The notes beneath the pieces were generated by a model. That model was not told the origin of the DNA, did no database searches, and was given only the letters and a program-made list of their open reading frames with translations. A program made the translations under genes and the position numbers. A DNA stretch of 64,000 bases, taken from assembly GCA_964529175.1 (NCBI GenBank), contig CAZGVO010000003.1, forward strand, positions 195,120 to 259,119, in the 5' to 3' direction. The stretch comes from an uncultured Bifidobacterium sp. (GTDB lineage: Bacteria > Bacteroidota > Bacteroidia > UKL13-3). Of the stretch, positions 11,601 through 20,884 are shown in pieces (the first letter of the stretch is position 1; the number at the start of each line of letters is the position of its first letter).

Positions 11601-14600
11601 AGGTTTATTAACCAATACATTAGGAACCAATGCAGGTTATTATTTATATGCCGATGCCAATGGTAATTTATTATCAAACAATAATTTGGGAACAAGCACA
11701 AGTGCTAATTTTCAGTTTCAAAATAATAATTGGTATCATTTAACTTTTTCGTTAAATAATTTTGGAGTAGCTAAAATATACGTTAATGGCGAGTTGAAAC
11801 TTACCAACAATAATATGAGTTTGACTGGTATTGTTAGAATTGGACGAGGAGTTGGTACTTCAAATACTCCTGGTGTGGGTAGTTACGATGATATTAAAGT
11901 TTATAATACCGTTATTTCTGATGCCGATGTTTTAAAAATTTATGATAGACCAAGTATTATTAGTCGTCCTTTTTTGACTAATTTTTGTCAAAATAATTCA
12001 ACCAATTTTGCTTATAAAGTAAGCAGTTCAAACAATTCTTCTTATCAGTTTTTAAAAAATAATACAAGTGTAAGTAACGATACTTTTTATGTTGCAAATA
12101 ACCTAACCACAACCGATACTTTGGTAACATTTAAAGTGTTTTCAAAATGTGGTTATGAGGAGTTTAAAACACGTTTAAATGTTCAACCTACTAATATAAA
12201 TGTAATTGATTCATTTTGTGGTAGTTATGCTTACAATGGTAAAACTTACACAAATGCAGGAACCTATTACGACACCTTAGCTAATTTAAATGGATGTGCT
12301 GTAAATGTTCAATTAAATTTAACTTTTAAAGCTGGGGTAAATTTAAGTAATAATTTAACCCATCATTTTACACTAAACAATACTGAAAACATCAATTTAG
12401 TAAACTCAACCGCAGGTATAACAATATCTTCAACAGCTTTATCAATTGCTGGTAGAACAAATATTACAGCTACAGGTCGCTCTATTAATGCAGTAGCACA
12501 AAGTATGCAAATAGCTAGTTTACCTAACAGTAATTTAACGGTATCATTATGGTATCAGCGAACTACAAATAGTTATACTGGTGCAAGAACAATTATAGCC
12601 AATACTCAAGCCAATGGTAATATTGCAAAAATGGTTTATGCCAATTCTACTGGGGGAGTGCTTTTAGGTAATAGCACTACTACAGTTGGTGTTCCAACAG
12701 GTTTTACACTTAGCATTGGTGTTTGGTATCATATTGTTTATCAAGTAGCCAGTAATGGCGATGCAAAACTTTTTATCAACGGAAATTTAGTAAGTAGTAT
12801 TACAGGATTGCCATTAAATACCATCGCAATAATTGGTAATAGAAACGATGGAAATGAGCCTGGTATTGGGAACTATGATGATATTAAAATATATAACAAA
12901 ATTTTATCAGCAGATGAAATTTCTAAATTATACAAAATACCTTCTTTGATTGCTAAACCATCTCTTATGCAAGTTTGCGAAGGCAGTAGTGCACTACTAA
13001 CTTACCATTTTAGTGGAAATACGGGTACTAGATATGAATATAAAAAGAATGGAGTAACTTTATCTGCCGATTCGTTTTTACAAATAAATAATACCAACTT
13101 AAACGATACTTTATTTGAGTTTACAATCAATAATAGTTGCGGTTTTGAGCAATATACAACTAAAGTAAATGTTGCCCCTGCTGCTGGTGTTGGACAAAGT
13201 TTAGCTTATAGCAAAACAACCAATAGAATTACTGCCACAACAAGTTTTACTAGATACAAATTATTTAGAAATGGTGTTGTTATTGATTCTAGTAATACAA
13301 CAGGCAATATAAATTTCTTAACTACTTTATGTGGTAATTATGTTGCCCATTACAGTAATATTGGTTCTGCTAATTGCCCAGCAATTTCGCCTGTTCTAAA
13401 AATAGATTTAGATACATTAACCTTAAATACTAAAATATGTGCTGGTAAAATTTATGTATTTGGAAGCCAACAATTGAATACACCTGGCACTTATTACAGA
13501 ACAACTACTAGCACTAACGGCTGCGATAGCATAATAAAACTTAACCTTACTTTGGCTAATTCAAGCACGGCTAGTGTTAATAGAGTAAGTTGTGGTAGTT
13601 TAGTAATTTATGGTAAGACTTACACTCAAACAGGTCAATATAAAGATACATTAATAAATACTGCTGGTTGCGATAGTATTGTAACTTTAAACTTAACTAT
13701 AAACACTGGCGGACCTGCTATTAATAATATTGTTCAATCAACTTGTAACAACTTTGTTTTAAATGGAAAAACATACACCAATACTGGCATATACCGCGAT
13801 ACCTTATTTGCAGCAAGTATTACTGGTTGCGATAGCATTTTGGTACTTAATTTAACCAATTTAAAAAATGGGTTTAATCAAAATATAATTGCTTGCAAAA
13901 GCTATGTCTTTAAGGGAGTAACCATTACACAAAGTGGCACATATCGTGATACTTTAACCAATACAGCAGGTTGCGATAGTATTGTGGTTTATAACATAAA
14001 CATAACTACGGTAAATAAAATAGTAACCAAAACCGGAAATATATTAACGGCATCTGCTACAAATGCCATATACCAATGGATAAATTGTACTACCAATTTG
14101 CCAATAGCCAATGCTAATATGCAAAGTTATACGCCAACGGTTTCGGGTAGCTACAAAGTAATAATTACTCAAAATGGTTGTATTGATACATCAGCTTGTA
14201 CCAATGTAATCATCATTAATTGTAATTTACAGCTAACTCATAATGTACTGAATCCAACCGATACCATTCGTTGTAAGCAAGTTAAAGTAAATATAACCAA
14301 TGGTTCATTGCCAATTGCTTTAAAACTAACTTGGAGCACCAATATAATTGGCTTGAATTTAAACATAACCGATTCAGCTTATACCTTTAACGATGCATGC
14401 CCTGAAACTTACAAATTGGTTGCAACTGATAATAATGGTTGCAAAGATTCTATTAATTTCACTATCAATGAGCCAACAATTGGTGTAAATGATATCAATG
14501 AAAATACATTTAGCATGTATCCAAATCCTGCAAATAAAATTTTGATTATTAACAATTTAAGCAAAGAGTCTCAAATCAATATTTTTGATATAACAGGTAG

Positions 14601-14733
14601 AATAATTTATGCTGAAAATATATTGACCTCAAATACTAAGCTTGATATTGAAAATTGGAAAGATGGAATTTATACTGTGCAAGTAATAACCGAAGGTAAA
14701 ATTGCCAACAGAAAGCTTGTTATAGCTAAATAA
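8698..14733 (+). CDS. T9SS type-A C-terminal-sorting-domain cargo protein with an SBBP beta-propeller, three LamG/concanavalin-like modules and a ~42-aa two-Cys repeat
   Basis: The 2011-aa protein has a signal peptide. N-terminal SBBP-like repeats recur (DAFVAKYNSFGQILWAVRLGG and similar). Three copies of a LamG-like module each end ...YDDIK(I/V)YN.(I/V)(I/L)S..(E/D)(V/I)..LY. At least six repeats follow the pattern C...NGKTYT..G.Y.DTL.N..GCDSIV.LNLT. The C-terminus is a Por_Secre_tail (YPNPANKILII...GIYTVQV). Confidence 0.8.
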   Translation: MKKILLLFYCLCTIYGLQAQTPITNWEYSIGDNGGIEQIKSSAYDEAGNLYVAGHFYGTVDLDHGTGAYLLSAAGSYDAFVAKYNSFGQILWAVRLGGTMAESVNHLSVANGYVLLTGFFQGTMNVYAPNFTAPLTSVSSSSDIFIVRLGTDGLFYANGAFKIGMGGNDDGKCVKSDAAGNIYLSGLYSSPNNNTNVNFNVLGGTNNLLAAGSEDGFIVKYNSNFVLQWVKSYGGGSFNDAVLTMDIDNNQNVYAAGYFNGTNASFNNSIFLTSVGGADAFISKIAANGNTIWAKRIGGGNGDVISTIKLNGKGVIYAGGNFNGLANLNPNGTAQNFTAVGGDAFISKLDTNQATALWIKQFGGSGPDNLNGLDLDTLGNVYTTGSFIGSAEFPIGISASALNSGSWKDIFVSKLNTNGGFVWSKSMGTILEDDGYSISVTANGNYAYITGSNPTFGHGYMAKIGACGELKPIIGLTKLCSNTQRIYAVDSVIGATSYVWTLPAGWVGTSNTRSITVTPSANSGNITVNAITACGAGFSRSLNINYGTTNLDNNLVRYWLANENDNNKDIKNNFGLTLVNTVKDTAMHGTVNGAYRISNNAGFIQLQPTANLPTGATSISLWYYYQSNGGGANVVLGSNGTALPASHPLMLIDNASATLFPWSNTGAAIGSGVTIAQNTWHHIVLTRNGANFTFYVNGVLAYSGNNLSASNFDRIGNNRPGFEIQGATGKFDDIKIYNTIITEAQVKSLYDFGSIKSVDLLTSGCKNKTISFQAFSSNNNVTYGWKLNGTVVGSSLPTFVKTAALTDSAISVSVNSQCFEETISKSFKINSIDSVQIISTDCGIKVGNKTYIASGNYIDTLVNQFGCDSIVFLNLTISNNQLTNLSTNLIRYWTLNAQDSAKDLTNNFVLNKSSGILFTSDRFGNPNTAQFIPASPSQQFTPAVNIPANDFTISFWYQFTSSTSTNTRGLLTNTLGTNAGYYLYADANGNLLSNNNLGTSTSANFQFQNNNWYHLTFSLNNFGVAKIYVNGELKLTNNNMSLTGIVRIGRGVGTSNTPGVGSYDDIKVYNTVISDADVLKIYDRPSIISRPFLTNFCQNNSTNFAYKVSSSNNSSYQFLKNNTSVSNDTFYVANNLTTTDTLVTFKVFSKCGYEEFKTRLNVQPTNINVIDSFCGSYAYNGKTYTNAGTYYDTLANLNGCAVNVQLNLTFKAGVNLSNNLTHHFTLNNTENINLVNSTAGITISSTALSIAGRTNITATGRSINAVAQSMQIASLPNSNLTVSLWYQRTTNSYTGARTIIANTQANGNIAKMVYANSTGGVLLGNSTTTVGVPTGFTLSIGVWYHIVYQVASNGDAKLFINGNLVSSITGLPLNTIAIIGNRNDGNEPGIGNYDDIKIYNKILSADEISKLYKIPSLIAKPSLMQVCEGSSALLTYHFSGNTGTRYEYKKNGVTLSADSFLQINNTNLNDTLFEFTINNSCGFEQYTTKVNVAPAAGVGQSLAYSKTTNRITATTSFTRYKLFRNGVVIDSSNTTGNINFLTTLCGNYVAHYSNIGSANCPAISPVLKIDLDTLTLNTKICAGKIYVFGSQQLNTPGTYYRTTTSTNGCDSIIKLNLTLANSSTASVNRVSCGSLVIYGKTYTQTGQYKDTLINTAGCDSIVTLNLTINTGGPAINNIVQSTCNNFVLNGKTYTNTGIYRDTLFAASITGCDSILVLNLTNLKNGFNQNIIACKSYVFKGVTITQSGTYRDTLTNTAGCDSIVVYNINITTVNKIVTKTGNILTASATNAIYQWINCTTNLPIANANMQSYTPTVSGSYKVIITQNGCIDTSACTNVIIINCNLQLTHNVLNPTDTIRCKQVKVNITNGSLPIALKLTWSTNIIGLNLNITDSAYTFNDACPETYKLVATDNNGCKDSINFTINEPTIGVNDINENTFSMYPNPANKILIINNLSKESQINIFDITGRIIYAENILTSNTKLDIENWKDGIYTVQVITEGKIANRKLVIAK

Positions 14734-14751
14734 GCTAATCAATTAAAAATT

Positions 14752-14793
14752 AACAGCCTCCATAAAATAAAATTTATGGAGGCTGTTTTGTTT
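14752..14793. terminator. Rho-independent terminator after the T9SS cargo gene
   Basis: The stem is acagcctccat...atggaggctgt, followed by a T-run. Confidence 0.6.
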
Positions 14794-14800
14794 ACTATGC

Positions 14801-15059
14801 TAAGCAATCGCTAGCGTCCCGCTAGTGAGGTTTTAGCGAAGCCTCAGGCAACAATCTAGCTTCGTAAAGACGTTTAATTAAACGTCTCTACCAAATACAA
14901 AACTTGCTTGAGATTGCTTCTCTGCATTCTACATGACCTTTGCTGTTGATTCAAAAAAAACTTTGTCAAAGTTAAGTATAATGGAAAACAATAAGTTAAT
15001 GCAAGGAAGATGCTTACAGCATGACCAAGTGCGAAGTTCGGAGTATTGATTGTGAAATT
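14801..15059. repeat. Copy 2 of the conserved intergenic element; copy 1 lies at 4479-4653
   Basis: The same cttgagattgcttc...ggaagatgcttacagcat...ttgattgtgaaat core is present. The left stem is split by an insertion of about 100 nt that has its own hairpins, gacgtttaattaaacgtc and ctagcg..cgctag. Confidence 0.6.
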
Positions 15060-15154
15060 TTATCACTCTTTGCATGACAACTAATCTCCAAATCTAAAAA
15101 TCAACAACTCTCTAAATTCAATCTATGGTCTATTAACCATAAACCAACTAAAAA

Positions 15155-17272
15155 TTACTTCAAACTTCTAGCCAACCAATCAAAGAAAACTCGTTGCCAA
15201 AGCACACTGTTTTGAGGTTTGGTTACCCAATGGTTTTCGTCAGGAAAGTATAAAAACCTACTTGGAATCCCTTTAATTTGAGCTGCGGTAAAAGCTTCCA
15301 TTCCTTGGCCTAGTGGTACTCTAAAATCTTTTTCGTTATGAATAACTAACATAGGTGCATCCCAATTTTGTACAAATTTATGTGGCGATGCATCAAAGTT
15401 ATTTGGATGTGAGGTTTGGCTCCAATACGGACCTTTATTATCGTGGTTGGCAAAAAACATTTCTTCGGTAGTGCCATACCAACTTTCCATATTAAACATA
15501 CCACAATGAGCTATAAAAGTTTTAAAACGCTTGTTATGATTGCCTGCTAACCAATAAACCGAAAATCCGCCAAAGCTTGCCCCTACTGCGCCAAGCTTAT
15601 CTTTATCTACATAACTTTCTTTGCATAAATCGTCAATAGCGCTTAAATAATCGCGCATACATTGTCCACCATAATCGCCTGTAATTTGGTTATTCCAATC
15701 GCTTCCATGGCCTGGCATTCCACGTCTGTTTGGTGCAATTACTATATAACCATTTGCAGCCATTAGTTCAAAATTCCATCTATAACTAAAAAACTGTGTT
15801 AATGCACTTTGTGGACCACCTTGACAATACAATAAAGTTGGGTATTTTTTGGTAGGATCGAAATTTGGCGGATAAATTACCCAAGCTAACATATCGGCAC
15901 TATCGGTAGTTTTTACCATGCGTTTGCGCACCTCGCCCATGGCTACATTGTTTAAAACATCTTTATTAGTAAAAGTAATTTGTTTTTCTTTACCTGTTTG
16001 CAAGTCAATTTCAAACAACTCGGCAGGCATTGAAATACTCATTTTATTAATAACTACCTTACCCGATTTTAAACTTCCATTTACGCTAAATGCACCATAA
16101 TCCCAATCGCCTACAGTTATAATTTTAATACGTTCAGTTTCCTTTTTTACATCAAAGTTATAGGCAAACAATTGTTTGGTGCCTTGGTAAGGAGCTGTAA
16201 AATAAACTACTTTTCCATCGCTACTGATTGAAAAATTTTCAATTGGGTAATCAAAATTAGCTCTGCTAGTTAATACAGTAAAGGGTTTAAGGGTAACTGG
16301 TTTGTCTTTAGCCGAAATAATAAAATCAATGTTTAAATAAACCAATCTATTCAAATCACTTTCGTTGCCTTCGCCTTCCATGCTTTGCCAAAATATTTTT
16401 TTTCCGTCAGGTGTAAACTGAGGATTTTTATCATAACCTTTATTGCTAACCGAAATATTAATAGTTTGTTTGGTAGCAAAATTGTATAAATAAATATCGC
16501 TATTGGTAGAAATGGCCTCGGCTGTTCCTGTTTGTTTACGGCTGTTGTAAGCTATTCGGGTTCCATCAGGACTCCAGTTAAACTCATCATCATCGCCATG
16601 AGGTTGAAGCGGACAATCAAATTTTTCGTCTTGCATTAAATCCTTTCCATCGCCCATTACACCATAAGTTAAATCGGCTACAAAAAGATGGCTGTAAGCA
16701 TAATCGTGCCAACTATCCCAATGACGGTAAAATAATCCATCAATAATTCTGGCATTACATTTATCTAAATCAGGATATAAATCTTTTACCTCATTATCCA
16801 ATTTAACATCGGCCGTGTAGGCTATTTTATTCATAGCTGGCGAGTATTTATAACCACTTACACCACCTCTTACAAAACTTAATTGGGTAATTTCAGTTCC
16901 ATCTATGTTCATTTCCCAAATTTGCGCATCGCCACTTTTGGTACACAAATAACTTATTTTTTTGCCATCGGGCGTAAAGCGTGCACTAAAGGCATTTACC
17001 TCTGGTGTGGTTATTTGTTTCTTTTGGCCGGTGGCTAAAGTTAGCAAATAATAAATATTGGTGCTTTTATTGGTTTTTACATCGTAATGCCTCACGCTGT
17101 AAAGTACTGTTTTGCCATCGGCCGAAAGTTGAGGCTCGCTTACACGGCCTAGTTGCCAAAGTTTTTCAATGGTTAAAGTTTGCACTGGCTGAGCTTTTAC
17201 GGTATTATTTACAAAAAATAAATTGGCTGCAATACCTGCAAATACACAAATTGATTTTAAATTTAATTTCAT
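15155..17272 (-). CDS. S9-family serine peptidase (prolyl oligopeptidase or dipeptidyl aminopeptidase-like) with an N-terminal beta-propeller
   Basis: The 705-aa protein has a signal peptide and TolB/WD40-like repeats. It carries the GxSxGG catalytic motif (GASFGGF) and C-terminal Asp/His. Confidence 0.8.
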   Translation of the reverse strand: MKLNLKSICVFAGIAANLFFVNNTVKAQPVQTLTIEKLWQLGRVSEPQLSADGKTVLYSVRHYDVKTNKSTNIYYLLTLATGQKKQITTPEVNAFSARFTPDGKKISYLCTKSGDAQIWEMNIDGTEITQLSFVRGGVSGYKYSPAMNKIAYTADVKLDNEVKDLYPDLDKCNARIIDGLFYRHWDSWHDYAYSHLFVADLTYGVMGDGKDLMQDEKFDCPLQPHGDDDEFNWSPDGTRIAYNSRKQTGTAEAISTNSDIYLYNFATKQTINISVSNKGYDKNPQFTPDGKKIFWQSMEGEGNESDLNRLVYLNIDFIISAKDKPVTLKPFTVLTSRANFDYPIENFSISSDGKVVYFTAPYQGTKQLFAYNFDVKKETERIKIITVGDWDYGAFSVNGSLKSGKVVINKMSISMPAELFEIDLQTGKEKQITFTNKDVLNNVAMGEVRKRMVKTTDSADMLAWVIYPPNFDPTKKYPTLLYCQGGPQSALTQFFSYRWNFELMAANGYIVIAPNRRGMPGHGSDWNNQITGDYGGQCMRDYLSAIDDLCKESYVDKDKLGAVGASFGGFSVYWLAGNHNKRFKTFIAHCGMFNMESWYGTTEEMFFANHDNKGPYWSQTSHPNNFDASPHKFVQNWDAPMLVIHNEKDFRVPLGQGMEAFTAAQIKGIPSRFLYFPDENHWVTKPQNSVLWQRVFFDWLARSLK

Positions 17273-17341
17273 AGTTTAATAGCAATCACTATTATAATTA
17301 TCTGATTATAAATTGTTTATATTTATTTAATTATCAATTAA

Positions 17342-17758
17342 TTACCAAACATACTGTAACTTATTCATTAATAAGGCTTCTCCCACCAAGGTATCTGATC
17401 CTGTAGCTACATCCACTACTTTAGTTTCATATAATACACGGTTTTTTTCAGGAAAAATTTCCTTAACAGTAATTACAGCTTGGTATTCGGTATCTACAAA
17501 CATGGGTTTTAAAAAGGTATTGTTTTGTTTCATATAAATATGTCCTTCGGCATAATACAATGCACCAAAAATTTTGGTAAATACACTGGCACTAAAATGG
17601 CCATGAATAATGTTTCTGCCAAAAATACTGGCTTTACCAGCCTCAGGATTAGTATGCAGTGGATTGGTATCGCCACTAATTTGTGCATATAAATTTACTT
17701 GTTCTTGAGTGAACTTAATGTTGTGTGTAAACACATCGCCTACTTGTGGTGCTGCCAT
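17342..17758 (-). CDS. MaoC-like (R)-specific enoyl-CoA hydratase with a hot-dog fold, PhaJ-like
   Basis: The 138-aa protein has the DxNPLH....IxHG hydratase motif. Its size and architecture match PhaJ. Confidence 0.7.
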   Translation of the reverse strand: MAAPQVGDVFTHNIKFTQEQVNLYAQISGDTNPLHTNPEAGKASIFGRNIIHGHFSASVFTKIFGALYYAEGHIYMKQNNTFLKPMFVDTEYQAVITVKEIFPEKNRVLYETKVVDVATGSDTLVGEALLMNKLQYVW

Positions 17759-18007
17759 TTTTTTAATAATTAGTTTTTATTGTTAAACATTTTATAAATT
17801 ACTACAAGGATATTTATTTTTTTGAATTTTATGGTACAATATTTAAACACTATCAATTAATATTTTATACCAATTACAAAGCCAAACAGCTGGCAAAAAA
17901 TTTAAACAATTTAACCTCCTTTAAATCAGTATGACAAAAATCAAGTACCATGAATTGAAGCCACTGCAAAGCGATTACAAATGTTTAATGTTTTGATAAT
18001 AAACCTT

Positions 18008-18041
18008 TTGATTGACTTATTTTTACAAAAGCCTACTTTTG
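18008..18041 (+). promoter_or_regulatory. Candidate Bacteroidetes sigma-A promoter for the Met-rich protein gene: TTG at -33 and TAnnTTTG at -7
   Basis: TTG lies at 18008-18010 and tacttttg at 18034-18041, about 60 nt upstream of the start codon at 18101. Confidence 0.35.
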
Positions 18042-18100
18042 CGGCCGATTTTAGACACTAAATAGTTAAAAATCAACCACAAAAGTATAAAACTACAATA

Positions 18101-19408
18101 ATGGAAAACACCACAAAAAACATGTTTGAAACCATGGCTGATATGCAAAAACAAGCTATGGAAACTATGACAAATGCTGCTAAAACTATGCAACAAACTA
18201 TGACTAATGGATCAACCATGAGCATGGATTCTGAAAACTTTAAAAAATGGTACGACAGTCAAATGAATTGGTTTAACCAACTAAACAACGAAAACAATAA
18301 CATGCAAAATGGTATGGAGTTTTTTACCAATTATTTTAACAAACAAAATGAAATGGCAAAGCAATGGATGGAAATGAGCATGAATATGGTTCCAAACATG
18401 AACAATGGCTTTGACATGAAAAACATGAATATGGATGGTATGATGAATGCTTTCAACTCATGGAAAAACGCTATGACTGATAGTTATAACGAAATGATGA
18501 AAAATTTTAATAATGGTGAAACCAAAAACTATTTTGCCGATATGTTTAACAATTCAGATATGTATATGAAAACTTTTCAGTTTTTTATGCCTATGATGAA
18601 AAGCTTAAACGATAAAACTTTTACTCCTGAAATGTTTAAAAGCATGTTTAATACTGCTGCTTACAAAGATATGATGGACAAAATGTTTAACATGAACCCT
18701 GACATGATGAAAAACTTAATGGATAACACCATGATGACATCAATGAAAGAGAACATGTACAAAATGATGGATAATGGTAAAACAAATTACGACAACATGA
18801 AAAACAACATGAGTAATATGTTTAACTCAAACCCAATTATGGATAGCATGATGAACAATTACAACCAAATGTACGCTCAAATGCAAACCTCAATGGCGCC
18901 ATTAACCAAACTTTTTGGTAGCAACCCTAGCATGGCTAACATGGAAACTATGAAAGAATTAGTAGAAATGATGACTGCTTACAATACCAAAAATAACCAA
19001 ATGCAATACATGATGTACACCACAGGTATGAAAGCTATGGACGAAGTAGCTGAAAACATGTATGCTAAAATTAGAAATGGTGAAGATGTAAAAGAATTTG
19101 CTGATGTTTACAAAAACTGGTTAAATACCAACGATAAACACTTTGTTCAATTATTTGAAACTCCTGAGTATTCAAAATTAATGAGCGAGGTAAGTTCATT
19201 ACAATTAAACCTTAAAGGTAAAATTGAAAAGCAAATGGAAAAAGCAATGGATAAATTGCCAATTATTAATCGCTCAGAAATGGACGAGTTATATAAAACC
19301 ATTCAAGATTTGAAAAAACGCATTAGCACCTTAGAAAAAGAAAATTCTAAACTAACTGCTGAAGTTGGCGAAGAAGCTCCAAAAGCAGCTAAAAAAGCTA
19401 GTAAATAA
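18101..19408 (+). CDS. Methionine/asparagine-rich low-complexity protein with a phasin-like coiled-coil C-terminus
   Basis: The 435-aa protein has no signal peptide. About 19 of the first 100 residues are Met, and NM and MN dipeptides are frequent. The C-terminus LPIINRSEMDELYKTIQDLKKRISTLEKENSKL resembles phasin/PHA-granule-protein tails. Confidence 0.6.
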   Translation: MENTTKNMFETMADMQKQAMETMTNAAKTMQQTMTNGSTMSMDSENFKKWYDSQMNWFNQLNNENNNMQNGMEFFTNYFNKQNEMAKQWMEMSMNMVPNMNNGFDMKNMNMDGMMNAFNSWKNAMTDSYNEMMKNFNNGETKNYFADMFNNSDMYMKTFQFFMPMMKSLNDKTFTPEMFKSMFNTAAYKDMMDKMFNMNPDMMKNLMDNTMMTSMKENMYKMMDNGKTNYDNMKNNMSNMFNSNPIMDSMMNNYNQMYAQMQTSMAPLTKLFGSNPSMANMETMKELVEMMTAYNTKNNQMQYMMYTTGMKAMDEVAENMYAKIRNGEDVKEFADVYKNWLNTNDKHFVQLFETPEYSKLMSEVSSLQLNLKGKIEKQMEKAMDKLPIINRSEMDELYKTIQDLKKRISTLEKENSKLTAEVGEEAPKAAKKASK

Positions 19409-19441
19409 TTGTAAATTTTTTTGTAAATTAATTATAACCAA

Positions 19442-19478
19442 AAGCCTTGCTTATTAACTTAAGTAAGGCTTTTTGCAT
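19442..19478. terminator. Rho-independent terminator after the Met-rich protein gene
   Basis: The stem is agccttgctta...taagtaaggct with one G.U pair, followed by a T-run. Confidence 0.55.
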
Positions 19479-19796
19479 TTATGTTTAACTATTTTTCATT
19501 TAAGCAGATTTATAAATTTTGTTATTTAGTATTGTATCTCACCCTTAAAAAAGTTGGCTTCAAATTGGCAGTATATATTTAGGCAATTGTTTGAAAACAC
19601 CCAATATTAGCTGTAACTAGCTGATTTTGGGAACATAAACAAAACACACAAGTATCATTTTGGGAAAAATCTTACAACTTTGGGAAAATTTGATTTATTC
19701 AGAAATATAATATCAATTAAAAACCAGAAGTGATTTTTTTTTATTAAAACAAACTTGTTATGCCAAACACAAAACAAAAACTAACAACCTTTAGCA

Positions 19797-20189
19797 TTGG
19801 AAAACAGTAATAACATATTGAATTATAAAAAAATCTGCCTGATTGATGATGATAAAATGCAGCATTGGTTAAACGGAAAAATTATTCATAATATTGATCA
19901 AACAATAGAAATTTATAATTATTCGAATGCAGAGGCCGCCCTAAACGACCTGAAAAATAATGCCATAAAACCTGATATTATATTTTTAGATATTAATATG
20001 CCAATGATGGATGGATGGGAATTTTTAGAAGAAGCAAGCACCCAAAACCTTGAAATTCCTATTCAGATGTTAACTTCATCAATTGATAAAAACGATTATG
20101 AAAAGGCCAGAAAATATGAAGTTGTTAAAGGATTTTTACATAAACCTTTAAAGCAAGAAACACTAGAATCTATATTGATTGTTCAATAA
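19797..20189 (+). CDS. Stand-alone response-regulator receiver domain protein (CheY-like)
   Basis: The 130-aa protein has the conserved DDD and FLDINMP receiver residues. The start codon is TTG, and no in-frame ATG lies upstream of the receiver fold. Confidence 0.7.
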   Translation: MENSNNILNYKKICLIDDDKMQHWLNGKIIHNIDQTIEIYNYSNAEAALNDLKNNAIKPDIIFLDINMPMMDGWEFLEEASTQNLEIPIQMLTSSIDKNDYEKARKYEVVKGFLHKPLKQETLESILIVQ

Positions 20190-20194
20190 AAAAT

Positions 20195-20881
20195 TTAGAC
20201 TTTATTTTTATTCAATAAATATTCCATAACCGTTATTGGAATTAATAAACAGGTTAATGCATAAATGGTATCTTCAATTGGAATGGTAACTATTCGTAAG
20301 CCAATAATTTCGTTAGAGTTATAAAATACTACAGGCTCAGGAGTTGCAGCACCGGTTAACACGCCATTTACCACTAAAAAAGGTATTAAGTGAACCAAGT
20401 AAGCAAACCAAAAATAGCCCATATATGTTTTCTTTAAATAAAACTGATGCCAAAGCAATAATATCAACGCTAAGGAACAGTTTACCAAAGTGTAAGTTTT
20501 TTGATAAAACAAAAGGCAAGCCAATGCTAAAATTACTATAAAAAAATAATTTATATAAGTTATCAATGGCTTAATAAAGTTATCAGAAAAATAAGCTTTT
20601 AAGCAAGCATAAATAAACACACTTGCAAATGGAACTACTACAAAAAAACTCCATTCTTCAATAGGTAAATCGTTAAGACGATAATGCCAAACATACTGAT
20701 TATTAAAGCCCCAAACACCTGCTCGGGTAAACCAACCGTCCCACAAAATAAAGAGTAAAGCATTTATGGCAATGCCAATAAAAAGTGGTTTAAACCATTT
20801 GTAAAAAGCTACCTTTTTATCGAAACTTAAAGCAAAAGGCCCAACAAATGATGCCACCATTAACCAAGCATATAAACTCAT
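20195..20881 (-). CDS. Lycopene cyclase domain-containing membrane protein (CrtYcd-type)
   Basis: The 228-aa polytopic membrane protein has lycopene-cyclase-domain-like helices and lies in a carotenoid gene neighbourhood. Confidence 0.6.
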   Translation of the reverse strand: MSLYAWLMVASFVGPFALSFDKKVAFYKWFKPLFIGIAINALLFILWDGWFTRAGVWGFNNQYVWHYRLNDLPIEEWSFFVVVPFASVFIYACLKAYFSDNFIKPLITYINYFFIVILALACLLFYQKTYTLVNCSLALILLLWHQFYLKKTYMGYFWFAYLVHLIPFLVVNGVLTGAATPEPVVFYNSNEIIGLRIVTIPIEDTIYALTCLLIPITVMEYLLNKNKV

Positions 20882-20884
20882 GGC

